From an uncultured Alistipes sp. (GTDB lineage: Bacteria; Bacteroidota; Bacteroidia; Bacteroidales; Rikenellaceae): DNA of 64,000 nucleotides. Shown in pieces: positions 1-8,756 of the stretch. The DNA lies in NCBI GenBank assembly GCA_900550375.1, contig URRP01000006.1, forward strand, positions 9,583-73,582, in the 5' to 3' direction. The position numbers and the translations under genes were made by a program. Positions within the stretch are counted from its first letter, which is position 1; each line of letters starts with the position of its first letter. The notes under the pieces were generated by a model. The model was not told the origin of the DNA and ran no database searches. It saw only the letters and a list, made by a program, of their open reading frames with translations.

Positions 1-1833
1 GTCGATCGTCTCTTCGAAACGCTTTTCCTCCTGAACGGCGGCATCGATCTTCTTGGTGATCGATTTGAGCTTGTCGCCGTACTCCTTCTCGACGTTCTGG
101 AGAATGTCGATCACGATCGGGTGGTTGCCGTTGACGACGAGGGTGAAGTTATCGGGCATCTGACCGTAGAATTGGCTCATGCCGCCGCCGCTCATGGCGG
201 CCATCTCCTTCATACGGCGCATGAACTCGTTCTGGGTGATGATTACGGGTGCTTCGACAGCAGCCATCGGTTCGAAGGCGATGTTGTAGTGGATCTTTTC
301 GTCGTGCGGCATCTGCGCCTCGAAGACCGGACGCAGAATCTCCTGCTGCGACTCCGAGAGCGACATTTTGAGCGCATCTTCCTTCTGGATCAGTTTGTCC
401 ACGATGTCGCTGTCGACGCGCACGAAGCGCTGCTCCTTGTGCTTCGATTCGTACCAGTTGATGTAGTGATTGTCGAGCGGTCCGTTCATCTCGAGTACGT
501 CGTAACCTTTGGCCTTTGCCGCTTCGAGCGCCGAGAGCTTGGCGACGGGGTCGTCCACGTAGAGGAAGATGAGCGTGTTATGTTTGTCGGTCTGGTTCGC
601 CTTGACCAGCTCTTCGTACTCGGCGGGAGTGAAGTATTTGCCGTCTGTATTCTTCCATAGCATGAACGACTGCGCCTTTTCGGCGAATTTCTCGTCGGTG
701 AGGATGCCGTACTGGATGAAGATTTTCAGGTCGTCCCACTTCGTCTCGTATTCGGGACGCATCGTGTTGAACAGTTCCTGCAGGCGGTCGGCCACCTTGC
801 GCGTGATGTAGTTCGAGATCTTCTTGACGTTCGAATCGCTCTGGAGATAGCTGCGCGAGACGTTGAGCGGGATGTCGGGCGAATCGATCACGCCATGCAG
901 CAGCGTGAGGTATTCGGGGACGATTCCCTCGACCTGATCCGTCACGAAGACCTGATTGGAGTAGAGTTGAATCTTGTTCTTCTGAATTTCGAAGTTGTTG
1001 TGAATCTTCGGGAAATAGAGAATGCCCGTCAGGTGGAACGGGTAGTCGATATTCAGATGGATCGAGAAGAGCGGCTCCTCGCCCGTCGGGTAGAGTTCAT
1101 GGTAGAACTCCTTGTACTGCTCCTCGGTGATGTCGGCCGGTTTGCGCATCCACAACGGATCGGTATCGTTGACGATGTTCTCCTTGTCGGTATCGACGTA
1201 CTTACCGTCCTTCCACTCCTTGACCTTGCCGAAGGCGATGGGAACGGGCAGGAACCGGCAGTATTTGCGCAGCAGCTCCTCGATCTTCGCCGGCTCGGCG
1301 TACTCTTTGGCATCCTCCGACAAATGCAGGACGATCGTCGTGCCCCGATCATGGGCTTCGTCGCTCTCCTCCATCGTGAACTCGGGAGAGCCGCTGCACT
1401 CCCAGTGCACGGTTTTGCTGCCCTCCTTGTAGGATTTGGTGATGATCTCGACTTTGTCCGAGACCATGAACGAAGAGTAGAAGCCCAGTCCGAAATGGCC
1501 GATGATCGCGTGATCCTTGTACTTGGCCATGAACTCTCCGGCACTCGAAAAGGCGATTTGGTTGATGTATTTGTCGACCTCGTCGGCCGTCATGCCGATA
1601 CCGCGGTCGGTGATCGTGAGCAGCCGCTTGTCGGTATCCACTGCAATATGGATCGTCAGATCGCCCAACTCGCCCTGCATTTCGCCGCGCGAAGCAAGCG
1701 CCTTGAGTTTCTGCGTGGCGTCGACGGCATTGGATACCAGCTCGCGCAGGAAGATTTCGTGGTCGGAATAGAGGAATTTCTTGATGACGGGAAAGATGTT
1801 TTCGGTCGTCACGCCGATTTTGCCGTTTGTCAT
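1..1833 (-). CDS. htpG: Molecular chaperone HtpG (Hsp90); 3' end runs off the window
   Basis: Not in the ORF track because no stop lies in the window. Manual translation from ATG 1833 gives MTNGKIGVTTENIFPVIKKFLYSDHEIFLRELVSNAVDA, followed by the IGHFGLGFYSSF GHKL motif. Confidence 0.97.
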   Translation of the reverse strand, partial: MTNGKIGVTTENIFPVIKKFLYSDHEIFLRELVSNAVDATQKLKALASRGEMQGELGDLTIHIAVDTDKRLLTITDRGIGMTADEVDKYINQIAFSSAGEFMAKYKDHAIIGHFGLGFYSSFMVSDKVEIITKSYKEGSKTVHWECSGSPEFTMEESDEAHDRGTTIVLHLSEDAKEYAEPAKIEELLRKYCRFLPVPIAFGKVKEWKDGKYVDTDKENIVNDTDPLWMRKPADITEEQYKEFYHELYPTGEEPLFSIHLNIDYPFHLTGILYFPKIHNNFEIQKNKIQLYSNQVFVTDQVEGIVPEYLTLLHGVIDSPDIPLNVSRSYLQSDSNVKKISNYITRKVADRLQELFNTMRPEYETKWDDLKIFIQYGILTDEKFAEKAQSFMLWKNTDGKYFTPAEYEELVKANQTDKHNTLIFLYVDDPVAKLSALEAAKAKGYDVLEMNGPLDNHYINWYESKHKEQRFVRVDSDIVDKLIQKEDALKMSLSESQQEILRPVFEAQMPHDEKIHYNIAFEPMAAVEAPVIITQNEFMRRMKEMAAMSGGGMSQFYGQMPDNFTLVVNGNHPIVIDILQNVEKEYGDKLKSITKKIDAAVQEEKRFEETID

Positions 1834-1877
1834 AGTCGTATTCTGGTTTTAGTCTGTTTTCTTTGTCCGTAGAAGAA

Positions 1878-1892
1878 TCAAACTATGTGCCA
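1878..1892 (-). promoter_or_regulatory. Candidate sigma-54-type (-24/-12) promoter of htpG
   Basis: Minus strand reads TGGCACATAGTTTGA, i.e. GG-N10-GA with one mismatch at -12, 45 nt upstream of the ATG. Confidence 0.5.
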
Positions 1893-1903
1893 GCGGCTTT
1901 TTC

Positions 1904-1949
1904 CTGCCAGAATGACAGCCGCAGACTGACAAAAATAGACAGCCGCAGA
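1904..1949. repeat. Tandem CTGNCA..GACAG sites / 12-bp direct repeat upstream of htpG
   Basis: GACAGCCGCAGA at 1914-1925 and 1938-1949; CTGCCAGAATGACAG at 1904-1918 and CTGACAAAAATAGACAG at 1926-1942. Confidence 0.6.
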
Positions 1950-1989
1950 TCGTTGTCTGATCTACGGCTGCAAAAAGATGTGCGGAGTC

Positions 1990-2397
1990 CTACTTCATCG
2001 CCTTGGCGATCGCATCGACGAACCATTGCGGAGCGCGTGTCGGTCGGCGCGTGTCGGCATGAAGAAAACCCAGTGCCGTCATGCCCGTATTGAGCAGTTC
2101 GCCCTGCGAATTGTAGACTTCGTATTCGAAGCGGATGCGTGCCGTAGGCATTTCGCGCAGCAGAATGCGTACCGTGAGGCAGTCGTCGAAGAAGGCCGGA
2201 CGCTTGTAGACCGACTGCACCTCCAAGATCGGCATGATGATGCCCTGCCGTTCCATGTCGGCGTAGGAAAGTCCCAGCGAGCGCATCAGGTCGGAACGCG
2301 CCTCTTCGTAGTAGCAGATATAGTTCGAGTGATGGACGAGTCCCATCTGATCGGTATGCTTGTACCAGACCCTGATTTTCGTGTCGTGCGTAATCAT
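1990..2397 (-). CDS. Acyl-CoA thioesterase, YbgC/FadM (4HBT) family
   Basis: TDQMGLVHHSNYICYYEEAR hot-dog-fold motif. Confidence 0.9.
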   Translation of the reverse strand: MITHDTKIRVWYKHTDQMGLVHHSNYICYYEEARSDLMRSLGLSYADMERQGIIMPILEVQSVYKRPAFFDDCLTVRILLREMPTARIRFEYEVYNSQGELLNTGMTALGFLHADTRRPTRAPQWFVDAIAKAMK

Positions 2398-3143
2398 ATT
2401 GCGGTAAATTCGATAATGCTCTTCTCTTTGGTAAGCGGTCGGTCGAGCAATGGCGCCCCTTCGGTCGGAATGAAGAGCCTGCCGGCTTCGCCGTCTGCCG
2501 CTATGCGATATTCACCCGCAGGAGGCAGGAGTTTATAGGGGTCGTCGATATGCACTTTGCCCTCCTGTACGTCGGCGATCAACAGATAGGGATGGCCTAA
2601 CATACGGGCGGCCTGCGCCATCGCTCCGTGTTCGATAAGCGACCGGATCGCAGTCGAACTGACCTTTTTGCCGCCGACGTCGAAAGGATCGATCCTGCAA
2701 AGTTGCAGCTCCGGCCGCTCCGATGCATGCAGAGAGCCGTAGTCGCCCTCCTTGTTGTGGCCGAAGTGATGGTTGTACCCCATCACGAGCGTTTCGATAC
2801 CCAGCTTTCCGACCAAGTCGCGCTGGATGAAATCGACAGAACTCGTCCGGCTGAATTCACGGGTGAAGGGGATGACGACCAGATTGTCGATGCCGGCCCG
2901 TTCGAGCAGATAAGCCTTTTCGTCGAGCGTCGTGAGCAGACGCAGATCGGTCTGCTTCTCCAGTACGATACGCGGATGAGGCGCGAAGGTGACGACGATG
3001 CTTTCGCCGCCGCGTTCGCGGGCGAAACGGCAGACGGCGGAGAGCAACTCATCGTGACCGCCGTGCACGCCGTCGAACGAGCCGACGGTCGCCGCCGGAC
3101 GGTGAAATGCTGGAAGGTGGTCGATTCCGTGGAAAACTCGCAT
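2394..3143 (-). CDS. FAD synthetase (RibF-like FMN adenylyltransferase) with degenerate kinase domain
   Basis: GSFDGVHGGH, TFAPHP, GYNHHFG and VSSTAIR motifs present; the C-terminus is short and lacks the GFPTAN kinase motif. Confidence 0.85.
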   Translation of the reverse strand: MRVFHGIDHLPAFHRPAATVGSFDGVHGGHDELLSAVCRFARERGGESIVVTFAPHPRIVLEKQTDLRLLTTLDEKAYLLERAGIDNLVVIPFTREFSRTSSVDFIQRDLVGKLGIETLVMGYNHHFGHNKEGDYGSLHASERPELQLCRIDPFDVGGKKVSSTAIRSLIEHGAMAQAARMLGHPYLLIADVQEGKVHIDDPYKLLPPAGEYRIAADGEAGRLFIPTEGAPLLDRPLTKEKSIIEFTAI

Positions 3144-3153
3144 CGTGTGTCGG

Positions 3154-3801
3154 TTAGTCGTCGGTGGGATTCTCCTCGTTCTCCTTGACGAAGTAGGCGA
3201 CCTTTTCGAGCAGCGTGGTGATGTCGTAATTCTCGACCACGATGCCGCGCGGAAAGTTGAGCGGCCGCGAGGTGAAGTTCAGCACCCCTTTGATACCGGC
3301 GTTGACGATCGGTACGACCAGTTCGTCGGCCACGCGCGAGGGCGACGAGACGATGACGATGTCGATGTTCTTGTCCTCGACGACCTCCTCGAAATTCTCC
3401 ATATGGTGGCACGGAATGCCGTCGATGGTTTTGCCGACCTTTTCGGGATCGATATCGAAGGCGGTGGTGATCTTCAGCTTCAGGCCGCGGCCGTTGAAGT
3501 ACTTGGTGATGGCTTGTCCGAGGTGCCCCATGCCGATGACGGCGATGTTGGTCACCGTGTCGCTGTCGAGGATATTGCTGATGAAGTCGATCAGGACTTT
3601 CACGTCGTACCCCTTCTTCGTGTCGCTCGAAAAACCGATGAGCATCAGGTCGCGGCGCACCTGCACCGCCGTGATGCCGTGGATGCCGGCCAGCACGTGA
3701 GAGAAGATATGGGTGATCCCCTGCTTGTGGGAGGAGAGCAGCGTACGGCGGTACTCGCTCAGCCGTTCGATGGTCTTTTCGGGTATGTTGGAAGATGCCA
3801 T
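3154..3801 (-). CDS. rex: Redox-sensing transcriptional repressor Rex
   Basis: IPEKTIERLSEY N-terminus, QVRRDL helix, GMGHLG Rossmann motif, GIKGVLNF. Confidence 0.93.
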   Translation of the reverse strand: MASSNIPEKTIERLSEYRRTLLSSHKQGITHIFSHVLAGIHGITAVQVRRDLMLIGFSSDTKKGYDVKVLIDFISNILDSDTVTNIAVIGMGHLGQAITKYFNGRGLKLKITTAFDIDPEKVGKTIDGIPCHHMENFEEVVEDKNIDIVIVSSPSRVADELVVPIVNAGIKGVLNFTSRPLNFPRGIVVENYDITTLLEKVAYFVKENEENPTDD

Positions 3802-3807
3802 AATCGA

Positions 3808-5613
3808 TTATTCGAGCGTAATGGTATAGTTGTCGTTGTAGATGACGCGCACCCATTCGGTGTTGATGCGGCTGCCGTCGGCCGTGCGGGAGAAGCGATA
3901 GGGAGTCTGGAGCGGCGTGAAGGTCTCGCCGTCGAAGAAGCTGTTGATGTCCTCGAACATTGCCGATCCGAACAGTACGGCTGCGTCGTACCCCCGATAG
4001 GCATAGAGTGTCGGCATCGAACCGAACGCGGAGATGTAGCGGTTGTCGAAGGTACGGATGCGTTCGTCGTCCCGTTTGGCGTGATAGGTCGAACTAAAGG
4101 TCACGCGATTCTTGAAGAAGAGGTTGCGGTCGATGTTGCCGAACCGGTTCCAGTGCGGACCGCCGATCACGTCGTACTGCGGCGCGGAGTGGCCGCGGGC
4201 GATGCTGTTGCTGCTGGCCGACGCCAGCGCGGCGAGGATCGAGTCGACTTCCGTCTCCCTGCTCGACAAGACGACCAGCAGGGCGTTGTCGCGCGCCGAG
4301 AGGATGCTGCCGATATTGCTGCCCGGTTCGTAGCGGAATGTTTCGTATCCCACGTCGGAAATCAGGGCCTTGACGGCCTGCTCGAATGCCGTGTCGGTGT
4401 TCTGGCTGTAAATCAGAACGACTCTGCGGCCGCTGTTGAACGTCTGTGCGAACTTGGCATATTTTTCAGCGGGATCGGGCGCCATCGGGAAGAGGACGCT
4501 GCTCTGCGTATGGTCGAGCGTCGCCAGCGGCGAAACGACCGGAATACCCTCCTGTTCGGCGATGCGCAGCACGGGAGCCAGTTCGTCCTCGTACACGGGA
4601 CCGACGATCAGCTGCGAACGGACGAAGGCGTCGTCTTCGACGATCGTTGCGACCTTCGCCGGATTATGCGCCGTATCGAAAACCTCGAGCCGCACCGACC
4701 GGCCGTCGCGTCGCAGTTGGTCGATGCCCAGCAGGAATCCCTGATAGAATTCGGTATAGCTGGCGTTGGGCCGGCCGTCGGTCGTGGCGGGCAGCAGCAG
4801 CGACAAGTTGAGCACGGCCTCCGGCGCAAGCGTCAGCAGCCGTTCGGCGGGGGGCCGGACGGTCAGCGTGTCGGCCGGCTGTTCGGCCGCGGCAAGCGCA
4901 TCGCGCGTCGGCAGTTTGATGATGGCGCCGGCTTTGAGCGTTGCCGGAGAGAGCCCTTCGTTGAGCGTCGAGAGCGTCTGCTCGGAGACTTGGTTGGCGT
5001 GGGCGAGCGAATACATGGTGTCGCCCGGCTGGACGACGTAGTAGCGATAACCGTCGGCGGGAACGCTGTTCAGTTTCTCTTTGTACTCTTCCAGTTCCGC
5101 GAGATTCTCGGCGTTGCTGGTCTTGCCCACCTCCTTTTTCCGTACCAGCAGCGTGCCGCCGATGGTCAGGTGTGCGGGATCGAGGTTCTCGTTGTCCTCC
5201 AGCAGCGTCTCGACCGAGATGCCGTACCGCTTCGAGATGGCATAGAGCGTTTCGTGGGCCTCCACCGTATGCAGAATGAACTTCTTGCGGAGCTTCTTCT
5301 CCTGCTTGGTCGTAAGCGGTTCCTCGTTCGGTTGCAGCTGCGGTGCGGGGACCGGAATCTTGACGTTCTGGTCGGCTTTTACCACATCGGCCATCGTCGG
5401 GTTGTGGGCCACGAGCGACTGCTCGCTCACACCGTAGAGCCGTGCGATCGAATAGAGCGTCTCGCCGGCCTGTACGGTGTGTATGTAGAACTTCTCGCCG
5501 CCGATATAGACGATCGTCTCCGACTTCTGCGACTGCGGCACAGCGGCAGTCGCGGACGTCAGTCCGATGCAGAGCCATGCAGCCGTTATGAGAATCGGTC
5601 TGTACATACGCAT
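3808..5613 (-). CDS. Secreted multi-LysM protein with C-terminal periplasmic-binding-protein-like domain
   Basis: Signal peptide; three LysM repeats (HTVQAGETLYSIA, HTVEAHETLYAIS, YVVQPGDTMYSLA); FYQGFLLG..IVGPVY..AYRGYD domain. Confidence 0.85.
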   Translation of the reverse strand: MRMYRPILITAAWLCIGLTSATAAVPQSQKSETIVYIGGEKFYIHTVQAGETLYSIARLYGVSEQSLVAHNPTMADVVKADQNVKIPVPAPQLQPNEEPLTTKQEKKLRKKFILHTVEAHETLYAISKRYGISVETLLEDNENLDPAHLTIGGTLLVRKKEVGKTSNAENLAELEEYKEKLNSVPADGYRYYVVQPGDTMYSLAHANQVSEQTLSTLNEGLSPATLKAGAIIKLPTRDALAAAEQPADTLTVRPPAERLLTLAPEAVLNLSLLLPATTDGRPNASYTEFYQGFLLGIDQLRRDGRSVRLEVFDTAHNPAKVATIVEDDAFVRSQLIVGPVYEDELAPVLRIAEQEGIPVVSPLATLDHTQSSVLFPMAPDPAEKYAKFAQTFNSGRRVVLIYSQNTDTAFEQAVKALISDVGYETFRYEPGSNIGSILSARDNALLVVLSSRETEVDSILAALASASSNSIARGHSAPQYDVIGGPHWNRFGNIDRNLFFKNRVTFSSTYHAKRDDERIRTFDNRYISAFGSMPTLYAYRGYDAAVLFGSAMFEDINSFFDGETFTPLQTPYRFSRTADGSRINTEWVRVIYNDNYTITLE

Positions 5614-6389
5614 TAACGTTTCTTCCCTTCCTTGCCGCGCAGCCGGATTTCGGTGATGACCTTTTTCGTATAGAGCGGAAAATCGCCGTTCATCATCCAG
5701 TTGTAATAGCTCGGTTCCGACTCGAAGATTTCAGCCACGCAGCGGCCTTTGTACTTTCCGAAGCCGAAGACCTCCTCCCCTTTCTCGTTGTAGAGGATGC
5801 GGCCCGCATAATCGGCCGACTCGTTGCGCGTGGAGAATTCGGCCAGAAAATCGATGTCGTTTTCCAGATTGTCGTAGCGCTCCAACTGCGCCTTGAGTAC
5901 TTCGTAGGTCGCCAGCGTGTCGGCTTCGGCCGAGTGGGCGTTGGTGAGGTCCTTGTCGCAGTAAAACTTGTAGGCGGCGATGAGCGTGCGCTGCTCCATC
6001 TTGTGGAAGATGTTCTGCACGTCGATGAAACGTCGCCGCTTGAAGTCGACGTTGATGCCGGCGCGCATGAACTCTTCGACGAGCATCGGCAGGTCGAAAC
6101 GGTTGGAGTTGAATCCCCCGAAGTCGCAGCCGGCGATAAACTGTTCGAGCGACCGAGCGATCTGTGCGAAGGTCGGACAATCCTTCACATCCTCGTCGGT
6201 GATGCCGTGAATGGCGGTCGCCTCCTCGGGGATGTGTATCCCGGGGTTGATCTTACGGGTCTTGACGATCTCTTCGCCGTCGGTCGTCACCTTGACCATC
6301 GAGATTTCGACGATGCGGTCCTTGGCGGTATCGATGCCGGTGGTCTCCAAGTCGAAAAAGACGATGGGGCGTTTGAGGTTGAGTTTCAT
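5613..6389 (-). CDS. DEDDh 3'-5' exonuclease (DNA polymerase III epsilon-like)
   Basis: FFDLETTG, GFNSNRFD and HSAEADT motifs; downstream of dnaN. Confidence 0.92.
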   Translation of the reverse strand: MKLNLKRPIVFFDLETTGIDTAKDRIVEISMVKVTTDGEEIVKTRKINPGIHIPEEATAIHGITDEDVKDCPTFAQIARSLEQFIAGCDFGGFNSNRFDLPMLVEEFMRAGINVDFKRRRFIDVQNIFHKMEQRTLIAAYKFYCDKDLTNAHSAEADTLATYEVLKAQLERYDNLENDIDFLAEFSTRNESADYAGRILYNEKGEEVFGFGKYKGRCVAEIFESEPSYYNWMMNGDFPLYTKKVITEIRLRGKEGKKR

Positions 6390-6394
6390 GCTTC

Positions 6395-6604
6395 CTATTT
6401 TTTACGGAACAATCCGCGGATCAGGTCGAGCGCTTCGGCGGCGTTGCTGCGGAAGGTGTCGGAGGCATCCTTCACCTTGTCCGAAACGGCGTCGCCCAGC
6501 ACCTCTTGGAACGTGTCGAGTACGCGGGTACAGACCTCTTCGGTATATCCGGTACGGCGGGCTACCTCGCCGATCAATTCACGTTTGTTCATCGTCTCAG
6601 GCAT
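6395..6604 (-). CDS. Small protein resembling only the N-terminal helices of HU/IHF
   Basis: MNKRELIGEVARRTGYTEEVCTRVLDTFQEVL resembles HU helices 1-2; packed between dnaN and the exonuclease. Alternative start at 6592. Confidence 0.65.
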   Translation of the reverse strand: MPETMNKRELIGEVARRTGYTEEVCTRVLDTFQEVLGDAVSDKVKDASDTFRSNAAEALDLIRGLFRKK

Positions 6605-7721
6605 TAATCATCATCGGCATGAGCAGCATCAGCGTATCGCTGGACTGCTTTTCGTCATAGACGGGTTTGAAGACGCCCGCACGGGTCGAATCGGCCAGTT
6701 CGATCACCACCGTCGGGGTCTCGATGTTCGAGAGGATCTCGACCAGAAAGGTCGACTTGAAGCCGATGGTGATCGGCTGTCCGTCGTAGCTGCACGAGAT
6801 CGTCTCGTTGGCCGACATCGAGTAGTCGATATCCTGCGCCGTGAGATCGATCTTGTTGTCGGCGATATCCATGCGGATCAGATTGGTCGCGGGGTTCGAG
6901 CAGACGGCCACGCGTTTGATGCCGTTGACCAGTTCGATGCGGTCGATGAGCACCTTGTTGGGGTTGTTGGCCGGAATAACGGCGTTGTAGTTGGGATAGC
7001 TTCCCTCGATCAGACGGCACACCAACGTATGATTCTTGAGGTTGAAAAGCACGTTCTTCGAATCGAACGACACCTTGACCGGCGCCTCTTCCTTGAGCAG
7101 CATACCTTTGAGCAGGTTGGCCGGTTTCTTGGGCAGAATGAAGGCGGCGGTCAGTTCGCTGTGCAGCTCCGAGGCATATTTCACCAGTTTATGGGCATCG
7201 GTGGCGACGAAGGTGATCGATTCGGGTTCGATATTGATATAGACGCCGTTCATGATCGGACGCAGTTCGTCGTCGGCCGTGGCGAAGATGGTCTTGTTGA
7301 TGCCGTTCACGAGCGTGTCGACGTCGAACGTCAGCTCCTTCTTATCTTCCGAGAGCGCGGGCAGCGCCGGATAGCTCACGGCGCTCGCACCGGGAATCGA
7401 GAGCGAACCGCTCTTCCAGTTGAGTTTGATTTCGAAGGTCTGGTCGTTGCAGTCGATCGTCAGCGGAATTTCGGCGAACTCCTTGAGCGAATCGAGCAGC
7501 TGCTTGGCGGGTGCGGCGATCACGCCCTCGCTCTCGACGTTGTCGACGGTGATCGAACTTACGAGCGTGGTCTCCAGATCGGAGGTGGTCACCTTCAGCT
7601 GATCGCCCTTCAACTCCATGAGGAAGTAGTCGAGGATGGGCAGCGTGTTCTTATTGCTGATTACTTTACCGGTGGTCGCCAACAGCGACAGAAGCGCGGA
7701 ACTTGATACGGAAAATTTCAT
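6597..7721 (-). CDS. dnaN: DNA polymerase III beta sliding clamp
   Basis: 374 aa; NTLPIL, ELRPIMNGV, VATDAHKL, CRLIEGSYPNY and LLMPM motifs. Confidence 0.97.
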   Translation of the reverse strand: MKFSVSSSALLSLLATTGKVISNKNTLPILDYFLMELKGDQLKVTTSDLETTLVSSITVDNVESEGVIAAPAKQLLDSLKEFAEIPLTIDCNDQTFEIKLNWKSGSLSIPGASAVSYPALPALSEDKKELTFDVDTLVNGINKTIFATADDELRPIMNGVYINIEPESITFVATDAHKLVKYASELHSELTAAFILPKKPANLLKGMLLKEEAPVKVSFDSKNVLFNLKNHTLVCRLIEGSYPNYNAVIPANNPNKVLIDRIELVNGIKRVAVCSNPATNLIRMDIADNKIDLTAQDIDYSMSANETISCSYDGQPITIGFKSTFLVEILSNIETPTVVIELADSTRAGVFKPVYDEKQSSDTLMLLMPMMINA

Positions 7722-7768
7722 GTTGATCTTCTATGTTAGTTATTTCTAATTCTTTATGGACTTTTCGG

Positions 7769-8644
7769 TTAGAGGGTCGCCAGCTTGTCGAGTGCCATGC
7801 GGATCATCTGCTTGACGAAGGGTTTGTAGTCGGTGCAGGCGTCCAGCGCGATACGCTGTGCGATGATGGTGCAGATCGTTGCGGCGCGGTGCCCCATGAG
7901 CGAAGCCATGCCTGCGAGCGCCGAGCTCTCCATCTCGAAGTTGGTGATGCGATGTCCGTCGTGTTCGAACGACTCGATCTTCTCGTTCAGGTGCGGATCG
8001 GCCGGTTCGAGGCGCACCCAGCGGCCCTGCGGAGCATAGAAGCCCGGCGCGGCGATGGTGATTCCCTCGCGCGTCGAGTCCTTGAACAACTCGAACAACT
8101 CCGCGTCGGCGATTGCGAAATAGGGTTTCGGCAGCAGGTCGCTCCAGCCCGTGTGGCGCATGAATGCCTGTTCGTATTCCAGATTGCAGACCTCGTTGCG
8201 CCCCTTGTAATAGTTGAGCAGCCCGTCGAATCCGATCGACATGCGCGAGAAGACCGCCTCGCCCACTTTGATGTCGGGCTGGATGGCGCCCGAAGTGCCC
8301 AGCCGCAGCAGTGTGAGGCGCCGCAGCTCGGGTTTCACCTGCCGGGTTTCGAAGTCGATGTTGGCCAGCGCGTCGAGTTCCGTGACGGAGATGTCGATGT
8401 TGCCGATGCCGATGCCCGTCGAGAGGACGGTCATGCGTTTGCCTTTATAAGTACCCGTAACGGAGTTGAACTCGCGGTTGGAGGCTGCGCACTCCCGTTT
8501 GTCGAAGAAGGACGCAACCAACTCTACGCGGCCGGGGTCGCCCACCAGAATGACGGTGTCGGCCAGCTGCTCGGGGCGGAGGTGCAGGTGGAAAATGGAA
8601 CCGTCGTCGTTGATAATCAACTCGGAAGATGGAATCGTTCTCAT
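7769..8644 (-). CDS. Nucleoside phosphorylase (uridine phosphorylase family)
   Basis: GDPGRV, STGIG, RLGTSG and NFEMES motifs. Confidence 0.9.
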   Translation of the reverse strand: MRTIPSSELIINDDGSIFHLHLRPEQLADTVILVGDPGRVELVASFFDKRECAASNREFNSVTGTYKGKRMTVLSTGIGIGNIDISVTELDALANIDFETRQVKPELRRLTLLRLGTSGAIQPDIKVGEAVFSRMSIGFDGLLNYYKGRNEVCNLEYEQAFMRHTGWSDLLPKPYFAIADAELFELFKDSTREGITIAAPGFYAPQGRWVRLEPADPHLNEKIESFEHDGHRITNFEMESSALAGMASLMGHRAATICTIIAQRIALDACTDYKPFVKQMIRMALDKLATL

Positions 8645-8756
8645 AATAGTCGCGTTTTAATTTTCATAATTGGCATAAAAGTAATATTTTTACCTCGAAT
8701 TGCAAAACAAACTCGTCGATTTTTTCAATTTATATAGGTGTAAAACAAGTTTATAA

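Noticed and set aside
895..5616. Long + strand ORFs (895-1872, 3145-5616) and similar ones at 5934-7706, 9216-11432, 21744-23669, 38496-40439, 47164-49521 and 61987-63957
   Set aside because: Antisense shadows of clear genes in GC-rich DNA; no recognisable motifs.
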